From NCBI GenBank assembly GCA_963664115.2, contig CAXWPJ010000005.1:96001-160000 (forward strand): DNA of 64,000 nucleotides. Reading direction: 5' to 3'. How positions within the stretch are numbered: position 1 is the first letter of the stretch; every line of letters starts with the position of its first letter. The stretch is from Terriglobia bacterium. GTDB lineage: Bacteria > Acidobacteriota > Terriglobia > 20CM-2-55-15. The translations under genes and the position numbers were made by a program. The notes below the pieces were generated by a model. It did no database searches and was not told the origin of the DNA. It saw only the letters and a list, made by a program, of their open reading frames with translations. This document shows positions 54,179 through 64,000 of the stretch, piece by piece.

Positions 54179-54997
54179 ATGAGAGCTAAGATTTGGACAC
54201 GAACCCTGGGATTGCTTCTGCTCGGCGGCTGTGTAGTGGGGACGGCCACAGCGCAAGACTCTATTTACTCGGCTTCAGGAGACGTCGCCGTGGTCAGCAG
54301 TTACGTCTGGCGGGGCCAGAGATTGACGGACGACCCGAGCCTCCAGCCTTCGATGACCCTGGGTATCGAAGGATTTGCGTTCAACGCGTGGGGCAGTATG
54401 GACCTGACTTCGTTTAATGACTTCAATGACGGTGATCCACGCGCAGGCAGGAACGCCGGTCTGAAAGGCCATTTCACCGAAATTGATTACACGTTTTCCT
54501 ACGACTATTCGTTCGAGGCGGTTTCAGTAGGAGCCGGCGCGATCATCTATACGTTTCCGGAGAGATTCGCGACGACTACTGAAATTTATGGGGCCCTCAG
54601 CTTCGATACCGTTCCGCTCGCTCCGAACATAACCCTCTATGTCGACGTGGATGAAACCAGCGCAAGAGGCGGCGACACGGGCCTTTATTTCCTGTTGGGT
54701 GCGGGACACTCCTTCCCCATAGACAACGATGTCGTTAGCAGTTTCGACGTGTCGGCTTCGCTCGGCTTCGCAAACGGGGGCTTTACAAAGTTCTACTACA
54801 GCGGGCTCGACAAGGCCGGAGCCCACGACGGGAGTTTGACAGCAAGCCTTCCGTTCACAATCAACGACAACTGGTCCGCGGGTGTGTGGTTAACCGTCAG
54901 CGGTTTGATCGGTGACGAAATACGGGCCAGTCAGTATACGGGCCCAGATGATGGGACTACGGTCTGGGGCGGTTTCAATCTCAGCCTGAGTTTCTAG
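54179..54997 (+). CDS. TorF-like putative outer-membrane porin
   Basis: Signal peptide, VSSYVWRGQRLT...QPS, EIDY, C-terminal Phe; usual context next to amt/glnK. Confidence 0.75.
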   Translation: MRAKIWTRTLGLLLLGGCVVGTATAQDSIYSASGDVAVVSSYVWRGQRLTDDPSLQPSMTLGIEGFAFNAWGSMDLTSFNDFNDGDPRAGRNAGLKGHFTEIDYTFSYDYSFEAVSVGAGAIIYTFPERFATTTEIYGALSFDTVPLAPNITLYVDVDETSARGGDTGLYFLLGAGHSFPIDNDVVSSFDVSASLGFANGGFTKFYYSGLDKAGAHDGSLTASLPFTINDNWSAGVWLTVSGLIGDEIRASQYTGPDDGTTVWGGFNLSLSF

Positions 54998-55105
54998 TTG
55001 AAGTTCTCGGTCTCGATCCGAAGGCGTATCGAGACCACTCACGTAGTTGGAGTTTTTAATTAATCCATCTCGTAAGAGGCAATCGTAAGAACGAGAAGGA
55101 GGCAC

Positions 55106-56425
55106 ATGTTTATCAAGCGTTGGACCGGTAGATTGATATTGCTGATGGCTGTCGTGGCCTGCATGAGCTCCCTGGCCCATGCGCAAGCGACCGCCGACGA
55201 AGCGATGTTCGTGGTGAACAACACCTGGATGATGGTGGCCACATTCCTGGTGTTCATCATGCATTTGGGTTTCGCCTGCCTGGAATCGGGTCTTGTGCAG
55301 GCGAAAAACACAGTGAACATCCTGTTCAAGAACATAATGATCGTAGCGATCGGTCTTCTGACCTACGCCATCATTGGTTTTAACCTCATGTATCCCGGAG
55401 AGTTTAATGGTTGGTTGGGACTTGGCGGCGATAAGGTCCTAACCACCGCGGCAGACGCTGCTGGAACACTCATCGGATACGCCGACGGGAATTACACGTA
55501 TTGGACTGATTTTCTCTTCCAGGGAATGTTCGCGGCGACCGGAGCCACGATTGTTTCGGGAGCCGTTGCGGGCCGGATCAAGTTACCCAGCTTCCTTGTG
55601 TTTACAGTTGTGTTCGTGGGCTTCGTCTATCCCTGGGTCGGTAGTTGGAAGTGGGGCGGCGGCTGGCTGGATCAGATGGGATTCTATGACTTTGCCGGGT
55701 CGACCCTGGTTCACTCGGTTGGAGGCTGGGGTGCCCTAGCAGGCGCGCTGCTGCTTGGACCCAGACTCGGTAAGTACTACGGAAACGAAGTGCGTGCGTT
55801 ACCGGGTTCCAACATGCCTCTGGCGACGATCGGTGTGTTCCTGCTTTGGATGGGTTGGTTCGGATTCAACGGCGGTTCAGTACTGTCTGCCGATCCCGGA
55901 CCTGTGTCCTTCACGCTCGTAACCACCTGCCTGGCCGCAGCAGCAGGTATCGTCGCGTCGTATATGACTTCCCAGATCGTGCAGAAGAAACCGGATCTTT
56001 CCATGGCGCTCAATGGCGCTCTGGCAGGTCTGGTCGGTATCACCGCAGGCGCCGATTCGGTTTCGGTGATGTCTGCAGTGATCATCGGATTGGTGGCTGG
56101 CGTGCTTGTTGTGCTGGCGGTTATCACGATCGATTCCAAGCTCAAGATCGACGATCCCGTGGGTGCGATCTCGGTGCACCTGGTGTGCGGTATGTGGGGC
56201 ACGCTGGCTGTAGGCATCTTCAGTGCCGATCACAGTGTTGTGACCCAGCTCATCGGCATCGCGGCTTACGGCGTTGTGACGTTTATTTCAGCTCTGGTGA
56301 TCTTTAGCGTAATCAAGGCGGTCATGGGCCTTCGTGTGTCAGCGGATGAGGAACAGAAAGGACTGGATATCGGGGAGCATGGTATGGAGGCGTATTCGGG
56401 CTTCCAGATACTCACAACCGATTAG
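55106..56425 (+). CDS. amtB: Ammonium transporter
   Basis: GFACLESG, FQGMFAAT, DFAGSTLVH, WFGFNGGS, DDPVGAISVH (twin His). Confidence 0.95.
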   Translation: MFIKRWTGRLILLMAVVACMSSLAHAQATADEAMFVVNNTWMMVATFLVFIMHLGFACLESGLVQAKNTVNILFKNIMIVAIGLLTYAIIGFNLMYPGEFNGWLGLGGDKVLTTAADAAGTLIGYADGNYTYWTDFLFQGMFAATGATIVSGAVAGRIKLPSFLVFTVVFVGFVYPWVGSWKWGGGWLDQMGFYDFAGSTLVHSVGGWGALAGALLLGPRLGKYYGNEVRALPGSNMPLATIGVFLLWMGWFGFNGGSVLSADPGPVSFTLVTTCLAAAAGIVASYMTSQIVQKKPDLSMALNGALAGLVGITAGADSVSVMSAVIIGLVAGVLVVLAVITIDSKLKIDDPVGAISVHLVCGMWGTLAVGIFSADHSVVTQLIGIAAYGVVTFISALVIFSVIKAVMGLRVSADEEQKGLDIGEHGMEAYSGFQILTTD

Positions 56426-56484
56426 TCGCGACAGCATCTGATCCGAGACTAGAACCAAAGCTTTAATCCGATGGAAGGTGTGAA

Positions 56485-56826
56485 ATGAAATTAGTTGTTG
56501 CATTGATCCAGCCCCACAAGCTCCCCGATGTGAAACAGGCGTTGTTTGATGCGGACATTCACAAGATGACGGTATCAAATGCCGTCGGGGCAGGCGAGCA
56601 GAAGGGATACGAGGAGGCCTATCGTGGTGTCATTCATACGATTAACCTCTTAAAGAAGGTGAAAATCGAAATTGCCGTTAACGACGACTTTGTCGAGCCC
56701 ACGGTGGAAGCCATCATTAAAGGAGCTCGAACAGGGAATATCGGCGACGGGAAGGTTTTTGTCCTAGATCTGCCCGACAGTATCCGAATCCGGACCGGCG
56801 AACGAGGGTCGGCGGCGATCGGGTAA
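56485..56826 (+). CDS. glnK: P-II nitrogen regulator
   Basis: T-loop GEQKG...[26 protein letters not shown]. Confidence 0.95.
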   Translation: MKLVVALIQPHKLPDVKQALFDADIHKMTVSNAVGAGEQKGYEEAYRGVIHTINLLKKVKIEIAVNDDFVEPTVEAIIKGARTGNIGDGKVFVLDLPDSIRIRTGERGSAAIG

Positions 56827-56991
56827 ACGGTAAACGGTCCAGTCGACGCGTAGCCTTGGCCGGCTAACAATTGGATGCAGTATCCCGCGCGTTCGGCTGG
56901 GCCGTTACACCTTACAGGTTGGGTTCGCTGATTTTGAATGAACCTGGCCCGCCCCGAAGCGACGAAGGGCCCGAAGCCTGGTCGCCTGGCG

Positions 56992-57849
56992 TCAGGCGAG
57001 TATTGAAGGCAGAAATGGGCCCGCCGGTTCTTTATACAGACCGAGGCTCATGTATGTCATCTGCTGTACGATTCGAAGGCCTTTAGAAAGGCACCAGCGA
57101 AACACTTCCCCGTTTCGGCTCGGCAAGAGGAAACCGGTGCCGGCGAACTCCCCCGCAGCTCCGATCAGCGCCTTCAGTGCTTCGTTCGTTTCCGCTACGG
57201 TGTGACCCCGGAAGCCAATACCAGTCGTGTAACCCAGAACTCGATCGTCGTGCTCGACCAGATGGGCAGTTCCAGCGGCGATCGCCTCCCCAAGTTCCCG
57301 GCTTCGATCGTATCCGTAGGAACGGCGACAGATTTCGTTGCAGGCGTTGACCTCGTTTTCCAGAACAGGCCGGACCCTGTACCCGGGCAATTCCAGACCG
57401 ATCGGCATGCCCTGCATATTGGCTAGATGTTCCCGGACTTCGAATCCCATTTTCGCGTACAGGGACAGAGATTGGTTGTTGTAGGCCGCTTGTACGAGTC
57501 GAACCCCGTCTTTGCTTTGTTGGTCAACGCGGTTCAGGGAATGTTCGATCAAGCGCCGACCGATCGAGCCGGCCTGAAGGGTCGGATCCACAGTGACGGG
57601 TCCGAGGCCGACGACGCTTGAACGTTCGTCCAGGAAGCAACTGCCGACCACCCGGCCCTCGCCCTCAGCAACCACTCCGTAGAAGCCTGGATGGGACAGG
57701 ATGGCGGTTATCGCGTCAGTCGCGTCTTCAGGCGAGCGCCAATCGGATGGGAAATTGTGCGTTTCGGCAACCGATCTGAACGCCTCATAGCAGATGTCGC
57801 CGCAAACAGGAGCATCGTCGAGGGTGGCGGGCCGGAGCACGACGTTCAT
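56992..57849 (-). CDS. GNAT family N-acetyltransferase
   Basis: VDPTLQAGSIGRRL, SLYAKMGF; ATG 57849 with GGAG RBS. Confidence 0.85.
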   Translation of the reverse strand: MNVVLRPATLDDAPVCGDICYEAFRSVAETHNFPSDWRSPEDATDAITAILSHPGFYGVVAEGEGRVVGSCFLDERSSVVGLGPVTVDPTLQAGSIGRRLIEHSLNRVDQQSKDGVRLVQAAYNNQSLSLYAKMGFEVREHLANMQGMPIGLELPGYRVRPVLENEVNACNEICRRSYGYDRSRELGEAIAAGTAHLVEHDDRVLGYTTGIGFRGHTVAETNEALKALIGAAGEFAGTGFLLPSRNGEVFRWCLSKGLRIVQQMTYMSLGLYKEPAGPFLPSILA

Positions 57850-57937
57850 TGTATTGCTCCGTTTATTTCTCCGGGTGAGGAGACCGGGATCTGCAAAAAA
57901 ATTCTCGATTTCAAGTCCGACCGTTGCAGCCAACGAA

Positions 57938-57980
57938 TACGCCCAGAGGGATTCGAACCCCCGACCTACGGATTCGAAGT
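57938..57980 (-). other. Displaced 3' fragment of tRNA-Arg(TCG), att site
   Basis: ACTTCGAATCCGTAGGTCGGGGGTTCGAATCCCTCTGGGCGTA runs from the anticodon loop to the discriminator; no D-arm or acceptor 5' strand upstream. Confidence 0.85.
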
Positions 57981-58382
57981 TATCTTAAGACGCTTATACC
58001 AGATATCACAGACTGATATTCTATTATACCGTCAACACTTTAGCTGGGTGTCGTATGAGTCGGTGTTACTCCATCCTACCCCATACTCCCCCCAAATCTC
58101 CCCACACGCCGACCTCACCAACCCCACGCACCGGACCTAATCGGCTCGCTCCGATCCACGCAAGCCCCTAACCCGCGTCTTATTGTCCGGTTACGTGATT
58201 TGGATCATTAATTAGATTAGACGCTCTATGGTTTTCAAAAAAATTGAGTCAAAAATCGGCATGTAAAAAGTTTCGCGTCGGCACACGCTCAGCACTGAGA
58301 ATCACGTCCTGTCCGATTTGCTTGCCGCTGGGGGCAAAACGCCCGACACTGAGGTTCATGATAAGGGTCACGCTTAGTTTCC

Positions 58383-59387
58383 ATGGAAATCGATGACATT
58401 AAGATTCGCCTGATCGACGACTCGGATTCGATCACGGAACTGACGGAGCTACTTCACCGGGCCTACAAGCCATTAGCCGATGATGGCATGCGTTACTTTG
58501 CGACTCATCAGACTGAGGATCAGACAAGGAAAAGAATCGCGAACGGACAATGTTACGTCGCCATTCTGGACGGGAAGATAGTTGGCAGCGTGACGTTCAA
58601 GTATCCAGTGGTGTTCGAGGGCAGTGACAAATCTCGTTGGTATAGCCGTCCCGATGTTGCGTATTTTGGCCAATTTGGAGTCGAGCCGCGCTTGCAGGGT
58701 CAGGGCATCGGCAGTCGGATGCTGAATTTAGTGGAGCGGACAGCTCGGGAGAGTGGAGCAAACGAACTGGCGTTCGACACATCCGAAAACGCCACTCGTC
58801 TCATCGAGTATTACTCCAAACGTGGATTCAGATTCGTGGAAGAGATCGACCATCGGCCTGTCGTGAACTACAAGAGCCTCATTATGAGCAAGCGTCTTGT
58901 GGATGTAAATGCGATGCTAATCAGACCGTTCATGGAGGGTGACGAAGCTGCGTTATGGACGGTGTTCTTTTCAGCGGTCCACGAAACCTCGTCTGCCGAT
59001 TACGCCCCCGAACAACTCGATGCGGGGGCACCAAGAGATATTGATCCGGCTAAGTGGGCCCAGCGCATGCAAGGTATTGCGCCTTTCGTCGCCGAATGTG
59101 ATGGCGACATCATTGGGTACGCAGATCTCCAATCAGACGGATACATCGACCACTTTTTTGTGTCACCTACAGTCGCTAGGCAAGGTGTCGGCTCGTTGCT
59201 CATGAAGAAGATTCACGAGGCTGCTATTGCTCAAGGGACTGACTCTTTGTCCGCCGAAGTCAGCGTGACAGCACGTCCATTTTTCGAGAAGTGGGGGTTC
59301 AAGGTGGACGCGGATCAGACAGTATCTATTGGTAGCGAAACCCTCAAGAACTTTCGTATGAGCAAGCAAGACCTGACTAGGACGTGA
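58383..59387 (+). CDS. Tandem two-domain GNAT acetyltransferase
   Basis: QGQGIG...YYSKRGF and RQGVG...FFEKWGF. Confidence 0.85.
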   Translation: MEIDDIKIRLIDDSDSITELTELLHRAYKPLADDGMRYFATHQTEDQTRKRIANGQCYVAILDGKIVGSVTFKYPVVFEGSDKSRWYSRPDVAYFGQFGVEPRLQGQGIGSRMLNLVERTARESGANELAFDTSENATRLIEYYSKRGFRFVEEIDHRPVVNYKSLIMSKRLVDVNAMLIRPFMEGDEAALWTVFFSAVHETSSADYAPEQLDAGAPRDIDPAKWAQRMQGIAPFVAECDGDIIGYADLQSDGYIDHFFVSPTVARQGVGSLLMKKIHEAAIAQGTDSLSAEVSVTARPFFEKWGFKVDADQTVSIGSETLKNFRMSKQDLTRT

Positions 59388-59419
59388 AGGTCCGAAACAA
59401 TTACATTCAGACTTTCATG

Positions 59420-59547
59420 AGGGCTGACGCGACTGACGAGGCTGACGGTCTGTTGGCAACTATCGCTACCCCCCCCCTCTCTTATTCCTTCTCTCTCTGA
59501 ACAGAAGAGAGTATGTAATCCATCGTCAGTAGCGTCAGCCCTGTCAG
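59420..59547. repeat. Inverted arrays of 9-bp-periodic CTGACG repeats
   Basis: CTGACG at 59424/59433/59442; CGTCAG at 59524/59533 and TGTCAG at 59542. Confidence 0.8.
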
Positions 59548-59790
59548 CCGAGGGGACAGCCAATGGCCAAATAGGGACGTACCCTCAAAGCAAGGTCTTT
59601 GCGCTGCCGAGGATCGCCAAATGCCCCAACTATAAGCAAAAATTGACCTTAAAGCCTCTGATAGCAAGCAGCAATTCTCAAGGTCCGACAATGTCGTTTC
59701 TCAGGACTTGAGAATTTGATAGCACCTAACTTCCTCCCTTAGTATTCTTTACAAAGATTTTCACAGCTTCTCAAACGGCACACTCAGATC

Positions 59791-62460
59791 ATGGAATCTG
59801 GCACCAAACTGGCTCACTACGAGATCCTGGCACTCTTGGGTAAGGGTGGAATGGGTGAAGTGTGGCGTGCGCGGGACACGAAACTCGGGCGCGAAGTTGC
59901 GATTAAGACGCTGCCTGAAGAGTTCGCTAAGGACGCAGACTGTCTCGCACGATTTGAACGTGAAGCGAAATTGCTTGCCTCGTTGAATCACCCGAACATT
60001 GCGGCGATATACGGACTGGAGGAACACGAAGGCACGCGCTTCTTAGTTCTTGAGCTGGTCGAGGGCGCCACGCTGGCTGATCAGATAAAGCGTGGTGCGA
60101 TTCCCGTTGAAGAATCGCTGAAGATTGCGCTTCAGATCGCCGATGCCCTCAAAGCGGCTCACGACAAGGGTGTCATCCACCGCGACCTGAAACCTCTGAA
60201 CATCAAAGTCACCGACGACGACAATGTGAAGGTGCTCGACTTTGGATTAGCTAAAGCGTTTGCCGGTGATGAGGTCGACGCAAGCGTATCGAACTCGCCA
60301 ACGCTGAGTATGGCGGCTACGCAGCAAGGAATGATCCTCGGCACCGCCGCCTATATGAGCCCTGAACAAGCCAAGGGCCGCGCAGTTGACAAACGCACGG
60401 ACATATTCGCGTTCGGCTGTGTCCTCTATGAAATGCTCACAGGCCGTTAGTCCTTCGGTAAGTCCGATGTGGCGGAGTCTCTCTCGGCCGTGATCAGCCT
60501 GCAGCCGGAGTGGGACACTCTGCCCCCTAATCTTCATCCACGACTTCGGGAAGTGGTGGAACGGTGCCTCGACAAGCGAGTCGCAACGCGTTTCCAGGAC
60601 ATCGGCGATGTAAAAGTGGACATCGAGAAGGTGCTGGCCGATCCGAGCGGCCTCCTCGTCCAGTCGGTTGGTGGGGTTGCTCACGCAGCACCGCAGTCGA
60701 AAGTGCCGTGGGTTGTCACGGGGGTTGCGCTCCTGATTGCGGTTGTCGCCAGTTGGTCGTCAGGACCAGCTTCGTCGAACCAGACTGCGGCACGTTTTGC
60801 AATCGATGTCAGTGGTGAGCTCCCCCCAAGGGTGGGGCATCTTCTCGCGCTGTCTCCCGACGGTCAGGAACTCGTCTACAGAGCCTTTACTGAGGAGGGA
60901 GACCAACTGTACCGTCGTCCCATAAACGGACTTGAAGCCGTACCGATCCGCGGCTCGGAGGATGCTCAATTTCCTTTCTTTTCGCCTGATGGCCAGTGGC
61001 TTGCATTCGGGAGTCCCGACGGTCTGAAGAGGGTTTCTTTGGCAGGAGAATCGCCGACAACGATCTGCGAATGTGGTGGCTTTGGTAGCACCTGGGGTCC
61101 CGATCAGACGATCGTGTTTTCAGATTCCAACACGCTCGCACTCTCGCGGCTATCGTTGACGGGAGGCGCTCCGGAGCAGCTGACCAGGCTGCAAGCCGGT
61201 GAGATATATCACGACGAGCCCGCGTTCCTGCCTGCTGGTGACGCGGTGCTATTCACGATCTGGTCAGGTTCGCTGGACACGGCCCAGATTGCAGTGGTAT
61301 CTCTGCAGACCGGAGAGAGAAAGGTGCTCGGTAACGGCTTCTTCCCTCGTTACTCGCCAACGGGTCATCTTCTCTACGCGCAGACTGGCGCATCGTTGTG
61401 GGCGGTCCCGTTCGATGAGTCCCGACTCGAGATTACCGGCAATGCACTTCCGGTGCTTGAGGGGGTTCGAATAGAGGGCGGTGGCGCGGTGCAATTCGCC
61501 CTCGCTGAGAGCGGAGCGATGACCTACATCCCGGCGGACATGGGTGACGGCGCAAGGGCGTTGGTATGGGTCGATCGCGCGGGGAGTGAAGAGCCTCTTC
61601 AAGGCGAGACACTCGCCTACGGCGGTGTACAGATTTCGCCCAATGGGATGAGAGTCGCTCTTGTTGTTCACGGTCCGGAGTCTCGGGAAGATTTGTGGCT
61701 GCACGACGTGGTGGGAGAAACAACAACGCCATTCACCTTCGATCCGACGACAGCCGACATGCAGCCGTTGTGGATGCCGGATGGGCAACACGTGGTGTTC
61801 CTTTCCGACCCGGAGGGGGTGTTTACGGTCTTTCGGCGACGTGCGGACGGCACGAATCAAGCAGAGAGCATCGCGACATTTGATGTTTTATCATTTCCGT
61901 TGCTGTCCTCTGTCTCGCCGGGCGGAGAGACGCTGGTGTACGCGGTGAGGCCGGAGACGGACTGGGACATCAGACAGCTTTCGCTGGCTGGCGAACCCAA
62001 TCCGCAGGCACTCCTTGACTCAGATTCAGGAGAGCGACACGCGCAAATCTCCCCAGACGGTCGCTGGATGGTCTATTCGTCCGACGAGTTAGGCCAACCA
62101 GAGATCTTGGTCAGGCCGTTTCCTAACGTCGCAGATGGAGGGCCATGGCGCGTGTCCCGAGCGGGAGGAGAAGAACCTATATGGTCCCCCAACGGAACTG
62201 AAATCTACTACCGCCAAGGGAGTAGAGTGATGGCGGCCTCGGTCGAGACGACTCCGGCCTTCGTGGCAACGCAGCAGAGAGAGCTGTTCTCCGGTCCTTA
62301 CCTGCGATCCTCTGGATTCCGTTCCCACACTTACGACATCGCGCCGGATGGCGAACGTTTTCTCATGATTCGCGAATCAGAGAACGACTCACGCGGGGGC
62401 GAGATCATCGTGGTCCTGAACTGGCTTGAAGAACTGAAGGAGCGGGTGCCTGTTCCCTGA
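59791..62460 (+). pseudogene. Ser/Thr protein kinase + TolB-like propeller, interrupted by in-frame TAG at 60448-60450
   Basis: GKGGMG, VAIK, HRDLKP, DFG, YMSPEQ; frame continues LTGR*SFGKSDVAESL into the 60469 ORF with PD40-like SPDG repeats. Confidence 0.88.
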
Positions 62461-62641
62461 TTTTCGAGGTCAAGTCCTGATAAATCATCTTCTCGGACAT
62501 TGAGAATTCGCGGAGAAGTGCCTAGGAACTGAAATAACGCCGGATTAGTAACGATAAGTCGCCAAGTGGCGAGTAATGCGCCGAAAACGTGCGCTTCTGT
62601 TCAACCGTCGGTCTCGCAAGGACGTGAATGGCGCTGTAGTC

Positions 62642-63001
62642 CTACCGGCTGAAGCCACCCACAGGCGACATGTAAACAGGGTCGAATCCGGCCAACGCTT
62701 CTTTAACCGTCGCGTTCGGTGAGCCGTATACAACCAAACGGACGGGTTTCAATACCTTTAGAGAGCGCTCGGCAAACCTCTCACTGAAGGTGCCGAGATG
62801 AGTCATCACCGCTGCAGAGTCAGCATATCGCTCGTAAATGTGGCACAGCTTGCCGTCCGCACTTGTACTCCACTCGTAATTCAGCGTGCTAGGTTCGTTC
62901 GCTTCCGTGGTTTTGACCATCTCTGCTAAGAGAGCTCGGAAGTCCTCCTCGCTTCCCGGCTGAATGTTCAGCTCCAGCATCCACGAGACATCTGTGGCCA
63001 T
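62642..63001 (-). CDS. Antibiotic biosynthesis monooxygenase (ABM)-like protein
   Basis: NEPSTLNYEW, IYERYADSAAVMTH; ATG 63001 with AGGAGG RBS. Confidence 0.8.
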   Translation of the reverse strand: MATDVSWMLELNIQPGSEEDFRALLAEMVKTTEANEPSTLNYEWSTSADGKLCHIYERYADSAAVMTHLGTFSERFAERSLKVLKPVRLVVYGSPNATVKEALAGFDPVYMSPVGGFSR

Positions 63002-63156
63002 GTACGGCCTCCTGTGAGTGTAAGGTGATTTTCTTGTCCTTGGTCGCGACGTTCGCCTACTGGCCAACGAGTGTAGCCCGTCAGAGCATTTCGTACGAAA
63101 TACCCTAAAAAACTAAGAGACACTTTTCTAATCAGAACGATCTGAAGGAGGATCGA

Positions 63157-63522
63157 ATGAGTGAGAAAGTGTCGGCAGAGAATCGGGTACGAGAGATTCG
63201 TCGAAAGACGCGCAAGAAGTACTCGTCTGAGGAGAAAGTGCGGATCGTGTTGGAAGGGTTGCGAGGCGAAGAGAGCATCGCAGAACTGTGCCGACGCGAA
63301 GGGATTCCGTCAAATCTGTATTACCGGTGGAGCAAGGACTTCCTGGAGGCGGGGAAGAAACGGCTGGCTGGGGACACGAAGCGGGAAGCGACATCGAGCG
63401 AAGTCACCGAGTTGCGGCAGGAAAACGATCAGTTGAAGCAGGTCGTGGCCGAAATACTGCTAAAGAATCGTTTTCTGAAAAAAACGTTGAACGTAACGGA
63501 CTCCGAGAGCATCGATATATGA
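63157..63522 (+). CDS. IS transposase OrfA (HTH)
   Basis: RKKYSSEEKVRIVLEG...IAELCRREGI...YYRW + leucine-zipper-like segment. Confidence 0.9.
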   Translation: MSEKVSAENRVREIRRKTRKKYSSEEKVRIVLEGLRGEESIAELCRREGIPSNLYYRWSKDFLEAGKKRLAGDTKREATSSEVTELRQENDQLKQVVAEILLKNRFLKKTLNVTDSESIDI

Positions 63523-64000
63523 GGCAATCGGGATCTGAGAAGCTGGAGACGATCCGAGTGGTGGAAGACTCGGAGTTGTCGGTGACAGCGACCCTCCGGG
63601 AGCTGGGCGTCCCCCGCAGCACGTTCTACGGTTGGTATCGACGATACAAAGAGCGTGGCGCAGCCGGCTTGTTAGATCGGCATTCCGGCCCCGGCTTCTG
63701 CTGGAACCGGATTCCGGGACCGGTGCGGGAACAGGTGGTCGAAACCGCGTTGAACCACCCGGAAGCCTCACCGCGGGAACTGGCCTGGCAGATCACCGAC
63801 ACCCAGGACTACTTCATCTCCGAATCCAGCGTGTATCGGATTCTGAAGAGATGCGACCTGATCACCAGTCCCGCATACATCGTGATGACGGCCAGCGATC
63901 ACTTCCAGCAGCCAACCCGGCGTGTGAACGAACTCTGGCAAACTGATTTCACTTACTTCAGGGTCGTCGGTTGGGGTTGGTACTACCTGTCGACCGTGCT
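63519..64000 (+). CDS. IS transposase OrfB (DDE integrase core), partial
   Basis: Manual translation MRQSGSEKLETIR...STFYGWY...SESSVYRIL...NELWQTDFTYF; not in the ORF track. Confidence 0.88.
   Translation, partial: MRQSGSEKLETIRVVEDSELSVTATLRELGVPRSTFYGWYRRYKERGAAGLLDRHSGPGFCWNRIPGPVREQVVETALNHPEASPRELAWQITDTQDYFISESSVYRILKRCDLITSPAYIVMTASDHFQQPTRRVNELWQTDFTYFRVVGWGWYYLSTV

Larger units (their letters stand above)
57938..64000. mobile_element. tRNA-Arg-integrated genomic island (left part, runs off the window)
   Basis: att fragment followed by accessory cargo, a pseudogene and an IS; no integrase in the window. Confidence 0.65.
63072..64000 (+). mobile_element. IS3-family insertion sequence (partial)
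   Basis: Probable left end TGTAGCCCG..., orfA plus orfB in -1 frame, A7 run at 63478-63484; left boundary approximate. Confidence 0.82.

Noticed and set aside
57938-57980. Functional tRNA gene
   Set aside because: 5' half absent; treated as an att remnant.

Overview
Bacterial chromosomal window; gene content (carboxypeptidase-regulatory-type TonB receptor, kinase-TolB fusion, DUF6152/DUF6644-like genes) suggests Acidobacteriota, which is an inference. 1-19 kb is mostly housekeeping: pilC/pilB-like, single-domain Clp ATPase, PAS hybrid kinase, glnS, korAB, monomeric icd. About 19.5-49 kb is an accessory cluster of mostly exported proteins: repeated DUF6152-like + partner modules, three B3-like metallo-hydrolase paralogues, two atypical GdhB-like propellers, a TonB receptor and an SSS transporter. 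It also holds a selenoprotein missed by the ORF track: a lipoprotein with an NTF2-like N-domain fused to an iodothyronine-deiodinase-like domain (in-frame UGA at 35173-35175 plus a SECIS hairpin). Then come hflKC, tRNA-Arg(CCG), a radical SAM gene, a frameshifted VIT1 gene, and a porin-amt-glnK operon preceded by two tandem ANTAR-type antitermination elements. A displaced 3' fragment of tRNA-Arg(TCG) at 57938-57980 marks the edge of an integrated island running off the right end, which contains an iteron-like inverted array, a kinase pseudogene and an IS3-family element. Four genes are disrupted by short duplications or point lesions, which may be real decay or assembly error. Family names come from motif recognition, not database searches.
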